A stretch of 31,094 bases of DNA from Thecamonas trahens ATCC 50062. Taxonomy: Eukaryota > Protista > Apusomonadida. Numbering within the stretch: position 1 is the stretch's first letter; each line of letters opens with the position of its first letter. The translations under genes and the position numbers were made by a program. Below are positions 1-8,179 of this stretch, piece after piece. The notes under the pieces are model-generated. The model was not told where the DNA came from and made no database searches. It worked only from the letters and a program-made list of their open reading frames with translations. Location of the stretch: NCBI RefSeq assembly GCF_000142905.1, contig NW_013657666.1, positions 1 to 31,094 of the forward strand. The letters run 5' to 3'.

Positions 1-501
1 CCGCCGCCGCCGCCGCCGTCCCCTCCTCCGCCGCCGCCGTCGCCACCTCCTCCGCCGGCGCCTTCTCGCTGCACCCCGCTCGCCAATTGCACTGCCTGTG
101 CACTCGCCAACACTCCCGACAGCATCATATGTGGCTGGTGCAACGATACTGCGTCGTGTGTCGACGTTGTTCCGCACAATGGCGGATACATTGGTCTCTG
201 TCCCAATACCGACACACTTGCTCTTGCCCGCCAGTCGTGCCCTGACTTTACACCCGACGCCGGGACCGACAAGGGCCCCTTTGGCCTCCCGGCCGATGTC
301 TATGGTGTGGACATCATATATCTTCTCATTCTAGCCGGCCTTTTGATCCTTCTCTGTGCCTGCTGCATCATTCGTGCATGCTGCTGCTCCAAGGTTGACC
401 ACCCGGAGGTCTCGTCGTACTCGCGCGCTGACAAGCGTCGCGCCTCGGATGCCGAGTCAGGCATGGTGCTCCATGACATAGGTGGCGACATCGACATGTA
501 G
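1..501 (+). CDS. 5'-partial single-pass membrane protein: SPPPP-rich stalk, PSI-like Cys domain, TM helix, Cys-rich cytoplasmic tail
   Basis: Frame +1 is open from base 1 to TAG at 499-501: PPPPPPSPPPPPPSPPPPPAPSRCTPLANCTACALANTPDSIICGWCNDTASC...LCP...SCP...IIYLLILAGLLILLCACCIIRACCCSK. CxxC...CGWC...C is the PSI (plexin/semaphorin/integrin) signature. Confidence 0.8.
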   Translation, partial: PPPPPPSPPPPPPSPPPPPAPSRCTPLANCTACALANTPDSIICGWCNDTASCVDVVPHNGGYIGLCPNTDTLALARQSCPDFTPDAGTDKGPFGLPADVYGVDIIYLLILAGLLILLCACCIIRACCCSKVDHPEVSSYSRADKRRASDAESGMVLHDIGGDIDM

Positions 502-519
502 AGCAGCAACGGTTCGTTT

Positions 520-2479
520 TTACCAGTCAAGCGCGTTGATGTTGAGCTCGTCGAGTGCCAGATTGAACGAGGGTGATCGCATCATGGTTGCACGCAGCTT
601 GCCACACACCACCTTGCACGCCTCGTTGTCATCGTCTTGCAGCCCTTCGCGAATAATGGTGGTCCACAGCAGAATCCTCGGCCGCGACGATGCAATGAAC
701 TTGATTGCCATCTCCATGTTGTCGGTCACGGGGAGCCCCGCGTTGAGGACTCGGTCGAGCACGGTCCACGCCTGTGGGGTTACTCCGCGAGACTCTTCGA
801 TGAACATCAGCACCGCATTGACTGGCTGCTGCCGCGGGATGCCGTCCGGAAGAGAACGCATCGCTGGCGCGAGTGCATCGGCAGTGGCCCCGGCGTCGAG
901 AAGAGTTGCCAGCGCGCGGACGTTGGTCCGGTCCAGCGCGAGGATGCAGAGTGCGTACTTGAGCCGCCGGATCGGCAGCGTCTTGCGAACCGACTTTTGC
1001 ACGTGCCGCGGATACATCTCAATCAACTCGAGCGCAATGATCCACATCGGTAGCAGCATCGCCGGTGGCGCACTCGTGGTGTCGGCCTCGCGTAGCGCAA
1101 TCTTCATCATGCCGGCGATGTCTCCTTTGGTAGCCAGAACCTCCAGGTGGAGGCTCACCCATGTGGCGTTGTGCGGATCGACCTCGTGGCACTTTTCGAG
1201 CATGGTGCACGCCCGATTGAGGTCATCGACATGGGCCTGGAAGTTCTCGTTGTCGATAACGTCGTCGCCGGTCGTTGCCGGTCCGCGCCGCATCTTGTGT
1301 TTGACCGCCGCAAGCGTCGCCATCGCATAAGCGCCGAGCATCATTGGCTGCTGCTGGTAAATGCGGATAGCAAGAAAGTCCTGCAGCACGTCGACCGCGT
1401 CCTGGGGGTCACCGTCAAGTGCGAGAATCGTCGCAACACATCGTCCGGTGATCCCGAGCGGCAGCCGCGGATACCACACCGTGTGAAGAATGACCGCCAG
1501 TGCCTTGAGGATTGCCACTATGATCGCACGCACGTGCGCCCGCGACGCATGGCCAGCAGGCAGCGCCATGGCTGCTGTTGTCAGTGTGTCGAGCGTCGTG
1601 CTCAGCATTGCGTAAGCGTCGCCCACCGCCATCAGCAGCGAGACTTGTGGGCCGGCAAAAAACCGGATGTACGCAATGTAGGAGATCACCTGCAGCAGAA
1701 TTTGCAGCGCTGCCACAAGCTCGCCGCGACGAAGAACTTGCATGCCAACCTTGATGAGCGCCATCAGCGGCGCTGCATACCTGCTCGGCGTCCGCGGCAT
1801 CTTGCGCGTCACCGAGGCCACCGTCCGCCGCGTAAATGGATCCCATCGCTTCCGCTTCTTGCTCACTCTTGCCCCTGTAATCATTGGGTACCGTAACCTT
1901 GCCGTCGGCAACGAAGCAGATCTGGACCCATTGCTCGACGTCGATGAGCTGGCGCTGCTCGAGCTGGTGCTGCTCGAACTGGCGCTGTTTGAACTGGCGC
2001 TGCTGGAGCTGCTGGAGCTGCTCGAGCTGCTTGCGCCTGCAACACCACTTGCGCTGCAGCTTCCGTCCCCATCATCGCCAGATCCACCTGAGCCCCCAGG
2101 CCCATCACTAGGCCCCTCTCCAGAGCTGCCACCGCTGCGGCTGCTACTGCCGCGGCTCCTGCTGCCACTCCCCGGTCCACTCCCCATACCGCTTCCTTCT
2201 CCACTCCCCCAGCCCCTCGCCAACGCGCTCCTCGCTGCCCACATCCTCCGTGTCTGTCTGCCCGCCTTGTCCGTCCACAAAGCCCTCGTCTGTCGCAGCT
2301 TCGCCTCCAGCGAAGGATGCCGAAGATGGCTCGCCCAGGGTCAAGCCCGAGCCGAGCCCAAGGTCTGACTCGTCGTTCATGGTCACAGGCACAACTCGTC
2401 TAGCTCCTATACTTTCGCTCGAGGACGACTCTGCACCGGACCCTTCCGATGAGAGGTTCATCGGCGACGGCGAGGACAT
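520..2479 (-). CDS. Helical-repeat protein with S/G/acidic low-complexity N-terminus, possibly Rrn11/TAF1A-like (RNA Pol I core factor); ~652 aa after correcting one frameshift
   Basis: ATG at 2479 (MSSPSPMNLSSEGS..., ORF 2144..2530) joins ORF 520..2280 if one G is removed from the G5 run at 2206-2210. LRRGELVAALQIL and GDPQDAVDVLQDFLAIRIYQQQPMMLGAYAMATL resemble Rrn11 motifs as I recall them; the family call is tentative. Confidence 0.55.
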
Positions 2480-2597
2480 ACTGCCGGCTCGCCGAGCCAA
2501 GTGTGGCCGACGCCGAGCCTCTGTCAACACAGCTGATCGTCATCTTCATTCACACGCGCGACTCCGCCCACACACGCACACACTCCAACACATCGTG

Positions 2598-3449
2598 TTA
2601 CATCTCCCAAGGACGTAAGTGGAGCGGAGTTCGCGGCAGGATCGTGCTCGGACCATGGTTCCGGAGGGCCGGATGGCTGGGTGTCGCTGGCGACGCCGGC
2701 GTCGCCAGCGCATCGCGTGCTGTAGGCGATGGCTTCGCCTCGACCTCCAGCTCCATCACATCCTCACCAACGTTCTTCTCGCCCTCGCAGCCCATTCGAG
2801 TAGGCGCCTCCAGCAGCGCGGTCAGGCGCGCAACTTCAGCCTCGGCGGCGTCGGCGCGGGCCGCGGCCTCCAAGTACCGGGTGCGCCACAGCTCGACCAT
2901 GCTTGTCTCTCCGGCCATCCGGTCCTCAATAGATGACACTGTCTCCTCGAGCAGTGCCATGTCTGCGTTGTGGTTGCGATACGCGTCGAGCTCCGCCGTG
3001 AGCGCAGCAATCTGGGCCTTCAGCTCGACAGTGGTGTCGTGAGCGTCGGCGGGGACCTCTGTACCGTCAGCGGCGAGAGAGGTCTCGTCCGGCACCGCCC
3101 ATGGCCCCGAAGCCTCCGACGAGTCTCCCGACCACAGGAGCGATGCCGATGGATCCCAAGACGACGACGCTGGCGAGCTCAGCTCACTTGCGCTTGGCGC
3201 CAAAGGCGACGGCATGTACCTCAGCGACCGCAGTGGCGACCTTGCCAGCGGTGACCGCATCAGCGGCAACGAGCCGAGCGAGCTATCTCGTGGCACCCGC
3301 ACCGGCGACAAAGGGTGCCCTCCTCGCCGCACCGGACTGCTTGGCTCCATTCTTTCCCCCTCGCTCGCAGCTCTTGTGCCGACCACGTCAGCTGTTGCTG
3401 CTCCTCGCTGCTCCGCTCGCCCCGCCACTCCCGATTTCCCGCCAGCCAT
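2598..3449 (-). CDS. Hypothetical protein with Ser-Pro-rich N-terminus and central coiled coil
   Basis: ORF 2598..3470 (likely start MAGGKSG at ~3449). Heptad segment TTVELKAQIAALTAELDAYR...AEAEVARLTALLE; many SP/TP sites. Confidence 0.65.
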   Translation of the reverse strand: MAGGKSGVAGRAEQRGAATADVVGTRAASEGERMEPSSPVRRGGHPLSPVRVPRDSSLGSLPLMRSPLARSPLRSLRYMPSPLAPSASELSSPASSSWDPSASLLWSGDSSEASGPWAVPDETSLAADGTEVPADAHDTTVELKAQIAALTAELDAYRNHNADMALLEETVSSIEDRMAGETSMVELWRTRYLEAAARADAAEAEVARLTALLEAPTRMGCEGEKNVGEDVMELEVEAKPSPTARDALATPASPATPSHPALRNHGPSTILPRTPLHLRPWEM

Positions 3450-3902
3450 CACAGGTCGGGTACAGCTCACTCACCGAGAACTTTCGATGCAATAAACTCG
3501 CTGACATCGTCTGCCGTCATCCATCAACACATCCGGCTTGACCGACACCACGTCTGTCCAGGTCCACCTTGGCGCCATCGCCGTGAGCATCGCCAGCGAC
3601 AGCGCGGCCGAGCGCGCTGTCGATTTGGACTCGGGTGGCAGACCAATCATACAAGGACAGCATTGCTGCCGTGGCTGTCGAAGATCTCGATCATGACTCC
3701 GCCTCAGACGCTAGTCAACTACAAGGAGGTACAGATGTCAGTCGTGGCCATCGTTTTCTCTGGCCCTGCCCGCGGTCGAAGACTCGCTGCGCCCTATCCT
3801 TTCGACAACCGGGACCGCATCCGCCCGTCGCCCGACCGCTCACCCGCCCGCCACCCGACCGCTTCACCGACGGCTAGACACCCGTCGCCCTTGACTACCA
3901 AC

Positions 3903-4443
3903 ATGTCTTGGATCATGGACAAGCTGTGGGCTGTGTGGGATGAGGAGTTTGGCTTCCGCGAGAAGAACGTCAAGCGCCGGCTGAACATCAAGGTACGGCT
4001 TGCCTCCTCCTTCCCCCCCCCCCCCCTCCCCCGCCCCCCCCCCCTACCCGTCGTTCCCTATCCTGTGCGGGTGATGGACGTGGGATGCGACGCAGCATGG
4101 CAGCCACCGGCTCGCTACCCAGCCTTCCCTTGCACCCACCACCGCCACCTTCTCCCCCCCCATCCATACTCACATACACAACATGTCATGCTCTTCACCC
4201 CTTGTCAACCGCTTGCTTTGTACCCAACCCTACCGCACATGCCAACCAATCCCTGTCGCCCCCCCCCTCCTCACCGCTCTGCAACTCACCCCTCGTCCTT
4301 CTCCTCCTACCTACCCATAGCTGATGCGCAACACCCTGCTGTTTGGTCTCTCCATCTATGCCATGCGTGAGAAGCCCGAGATCTTCCTTGGCGACCAGCC
4401 GCTCCCGCCTGGTCCGTCTGGCCAGTCTCCGCAGATGATGTAA
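3903..4443 (+). CDS. 70-aa spliced microprotein, Tom6-like (mitochondrial TOM complex small subunit); exons 3903-3992 and 4321-4443
   Basis: ccaacATG start; intron 3993-4320 (GTACGG...CTCAC...CATAG). Product: MSWIMDKLWAVWDEEFGFREKNVKRRLNIK|LMRNTLLFGLSIYAMREKPEIFLGDQPLPPGPSGQSPQMM*. The TM segment resembles metazoan TOMM6 (LILNLGLFAAGVWLARN...IDLMAPQP). Confidence 0.7.
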
Positions 4444-4464
4444 ACGAGCAACCGCCCCCCCCCC

Positions 4465-4861
4465 NNNNNNNNNNNNNNNNNNNNNNNNNNNNNNNNNNNN
4501 NNNNNNNNNNNNNNNNNNNNNNNNNNNNNNNNNNNNNNNNNNNNNNNNNNNNNNNNNNNNNNNNNNNNNNNNNNNNNNNNNNNNNNNNNNNNNNNNNNNN
4601 NNNNNNNNNNNNNNNNNNNNNNNNNNNNNNNNNNNNNNNNNNNNNNNNNNNNNNNNNNNNNNNNNNNNNNNNNNNNNNNNNNNNNNNNNNNNNNNNNNNN
4701 NNNNNNNNNNNNNNNNNNNNNNNNNNNNNNNNNNNNNNNNNNNNNNNNNNNNNNNNNNNNNNNNNNNNNNNNNNNNNNNNNNNNNNNNNNNNNNNNNNNN
4801 NNNNNNNNNNNNNNNNNNNNNNNNNNNNNNNNNNNNNNNNNNNNNNNNNNNNNNNNNNNNN
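4465..4861. other. Assembly gap (N run)
   Basis: Run of N, flanked by C-rich low-complexity sequence. Confidence 1.
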
Positions 4862-4945
4862 CATCCCCCCACAACACACACCTGATGCCTGGTCTCTGAC
4901 CCTCTCCCCCCCTCCACACACACACTCGACTACACCCCGCCCGCC

Positions 4946-6072
4946 ATGGACGACCACGCCAAATACGTGGCGACAGGCATTGCCTTGGTCTTCCTCGGCT
5001 GCTGCTCCAACGTAATTACCTTTGAGTATCTCATGCGGTACGGCCTATCCCCTCCCCCCCCCCCCCCTCCCTCCCCTCCCTCCCCTCCCCCTCCTCACTT
5101 ACACTCGCACATCACCACCACAGCGAAGTGCCTACATGCGGCAATCTGCTGACCGTGGCCCAGTTTACCTTTATTGCCGCAGAAGGGGCCCTTGTGCACA
5201 CGCGCTGGCCTGGATCCGCGGCTGCAGACGGCCCGGGCATGGCCTATGTCCCGTGGCTCAAGGCCAATGCCATTCCGCTGCGGGCGTACCTGCTGATGGT
5301 CGTCCTCTTCTTCGCCATGTCGGTCATCAACAATCTCGCGACCGGCTTTGACATTTCAGTCCCGCTCCACATGATCTTCCGTTCTGGCTCGCTCATCGCC
5401 TCCATGACGCTCGGCTACATCATCCTGGGCAAACGGTACTCGCTGCAGCAGGTCGCAGGTGTCCTGCTCGTCTCCGGCGGCATTTTTACCGTCACCTACG
5501 CCACAGCCCTCTCCAAGAACGGTGGCAAGCCGAGCGAGGGAAAGCCTATCGACTTTGCCACCTGGCTCATCGGTATTGGCATGCTCTCGCTCGCCATCCT
5601 CCTCTCCGCACTCCTCGGCTTGCTCCAGGAGAAGACATACGCTGTCTATGGCCGATCCCACACCCGCGAGACCATGTTCCTCACCCATGCGCTCTCGCTA
5701 CCCGGCTTTGCGCTTGTTGCCCGCGACATTGCCGCCCACGCTGCCATTTTCTCGGCCTCGGCCCCGTTCGATGCTCTCCCCGGCGTCCCGGCCCTTTGGG
5801 CCGCCCTCGCGGCCAACATCCTCTTGCAATACGTCTGCATTCGCGGTGTCTATCTCGTTGTCGGCTACTCGACCGCCCTCACCACCACCCTTGTCATCAC
5901 CCTCCGCAAGTTTGCATCGCTCCTTATCTCCATCTGGCTCTTCTCCAACCCCTTCACCTTTGTCCACTGGGCCGGAACCCTCGCCCTCTTCACAGGCTCG
6001 CTCCTCTACTCGCTCGCCCCGCGCCAGGCATCTCCGCCGCCGTCGCATGAACCCAAGAGCAAAGACGAGTAA
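4946..6072 (+). CDS. SLC35B4: UDP-GlcNAc/UDP-xylose transporter (UAA family, SLC35B4/YEA4-like), 346 aa; exons 4946-5037 and 5124-6072
   Basis: VFLGCCSNVITFEYLMR|EVPTCGNLLTVAQF, FDISVPLHMIFRSGSLIASM, LGKRYS, QYVCIRGV, LVITLRKFASLLISIWLFSNPFT. Intron 5038-5123 (GTACGG...ACAG) restores frame. C-terminal KSKDE fits a KxKxx ER-retrieval signal. Confidence 0.93.
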
Positions 6073-6149
6073 CACCACGTAGCTCCCTTTTGCCTCTCCT
6101 TCCACCATCTCACCATCGATTTACTCCCAGCGAGCGCACTGTCTCATCA

Positions 6150-6461
6150 TCACCGCCAAACACGCGCGCCAGGCCATCCGTCCGCCACTGCCCGCGCCTC
6201 ACCCATCGACGCGGCCTCGCCCTCGGCCTTCACCTCGCCGGTCACCGGATCCACCACCCGCCACGACCACCGTCCATCGGCCTTGCCCACAACCGCCACC
6301 GCCCATGCAAACCCGCTCGGCTTCTCGATGCCCTCGGTCGCCGTGCCAGACCCGGCCCCGGCCTCAACGGCGCTCCCTGTGCCAGTTGACCCGTCCAGCA
6401 GTTTGGCCCTCTTCACGCCACCATCTACAGCTTCCCCCTCTCGCTTCAGACCCGTCGACAT
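6150..6461 (-). CDS. Small hypothetical protein (103 aa) with NLS-like N-terminus and YegP/DUF1508-like C-terminal motif
   Basis: ATG at 6461: MSTGLKREGEAVDGGVKRAKLLDG...FAWAVAVVGKADGRWSWRVVDPVTGEVKAEGEAASMGEARAVADGW. Fills the space between two genes and shows coding-like codon usage. Confidence 0.55.
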   Translation of the reverse strand: MSTGLKREGEAVDGGVKRAKLLDGSTGTGSAVEAGAGSGTATEGIEKPSGFAWAVAVVGKADGRWSWRVVDPVTGEVKAEGEAASMGEARAVADGWPGARVWR

Positions 6462-6562
6462 CACCACGGCCGCCTCCTCCCCCACGCTACACCTCGGCCG
6501 CGTCCAGTCAAGTGTCCCGCCTCATCCTCCACCAGCCGTCACACTCCTCTCTCGTCTTGACT

Positions 6563-8089
6563 ATGGGCCGCCGTCGCCGCCGCCGCAAGACAACAGCCTC
6601 GTCGCCTGCTCCGACCTCCCCCTCCTCCACCAACACCCCTACCACCAACACCACCACATCCAAGGCCAAGCCTGACATTCTCGAAACCCCAAAGCGGCTC
6701 ATCACTCTCGACGAAGTCCTCGCTCGCTTCCCCGACACAGAGCCCAAGGGTACGCTGCCCTATCCTGTCGTTCTGCCCACCCAATCCATCCATCCTGTCC
6801 GCACTCACCCTCTCCCCCCCCCCACCTTCTCCTCAACGCTACAGATATTCGCTCATACAAGCCCAGCGCAAATGCTGGTGTCCAAGGTGTTGATCTCTCA
6901 CTGCTTGACCTGGACAAGCTGCGGCGGATGGACCTTAGCCGCCAGGCCGTGGATGACTTTGCTCTTGTCGCCCGCATGGGCAAGCGCCTTCGCTGGCTCA
7001 ACCTTGCACACAACAGCATCACGGCCTTGACCGACGCCAAGAAGCTGAAGAAGGTCAACGTCCTCAACGTGTCCAACAACAAGCTCGCATCGCTCTCGGG
7101 CCTCTCGTCGATGTACAATCTCAACGCGCTCATCCTGTCCAACAATGAGCTCGCGGGCGAGGTCTTTGTCCACCTGCGTCGCCTCGACACTCTCGTCATC
7201 TCCCACAACGCGCTGACAAAGCTAGAGGGCCTCAACATCTCGGTCGATCTTGACAAGATCTCGGCTTCGCACAACAAATTTACCGCCATTCCCGACCTCT
7301 CCGAGAACCCCATGCTCAAGGAGCTCCGCCTCGGCCACAACGAAATCTCCGGCCTCAAGCCCGACGTCCTTGTCGCCTGCCGTGGCCTCCGCATCCTCGA
7401 GCTTGGCCACAACAAGTTGACCGCCGACGACGTTGCCACTCTCATTGATGCCATCCTTCCCGCCCTACCTGAGATCGAGTCCATCAACATCCGCGGGAAC
7501 CCGGCGTCGAAGGCCGCGACCCGGATGAGCTGGTTGCCGCCCTCTTTGCCGCAGCGCCCTCGCTCCGCACTGCCAACGGTCGCAAGACCTCGGCAGCAGA
7601 AGCCTCCAAGAAGCTCGTCCCAAAGCGCCGCCGTCGCCTCCATATGTTTGGCCACCACTTTAAGGAGGCGCCCGCCAAGCCGGCACAGACCGGCAAGGGT
7701 CAAAACGGCAAGGGCAAGGACAAGCCGCGCCGCGGTCGTGGGGGAAGCGCAAGCGTGGCGCTGACACACAGTCGGCCCCCGTTGCCGAGCCCGCCACAAA
7801 CGACGATCCCGCAGCTAAGCGCTCCAAGGGTCTCGACAAGAAGGCCAAATCCAAGGCCAAGTCCAAGTCCAACGACAGCGTCAACCCGTTCGACAAGATC
7901 GATGCCGCCAAGCGCATCGCCGCCGCCACTGCCGAAACCGAGCGCAAGATTGCCGACCCGTCCATCACAGGCCTTGCCGCCGTTGTCCCGGCCAAGTCCA
8001 AGACAAAGAAGGCCAAGTCGAAGGCCGATACCACGGTCGCTGCGCCCGAGGTCGAGCCCGAGTTTGGCGCAGGCGGCGGCTGGGACTAA
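6563..8089 (+). CDS. Leucine-rich repeat protein (SDS22-like LRRs, LRR cap, Lys-rich tail ending GGGWD), ~477 aa after correcting two frameshifts; intron 6750-6844
   Basis: MGRRRRRRK... exon 1, then GTACGC...ACAG intron. LxxLxLxxNxL repeats (LRWLNLAHNSI, LNALILSNNEL, LKELRLGHNEI). Adding one base at CCC 7500-7502 gives the cap NPGVEGRDPDELVAALFAAAPSLRTANGR; adding one at G5 7740-7744 gives the K-rich tail to TAA at 8087-8089. Confidence 0.85.
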
Positions 8090-8179
8090 TCCAGAGCTGC
8101 GCCCACTCGCTGCAAGTGAAGTAAAGCAAGAGCAACAGCAGGTGCGGAAGAACACACAGCCATTTATAGCGTCCCAGAG

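Noticed and set aside
3315-4370. 351-aa + strand ORF
   Set aside because: A low-complexity read through promoter and intron sequence; only its 30-codon exon is credible.
4195-4957. ORFs spanning N runs
   Set aside because: Artefacts of translating through the gaps.
6563-8089. Pseudogene calls for the frameshifted genes
   Set aside because: No nonsense codons or motif decay, and all breaks sit at homopolymers.
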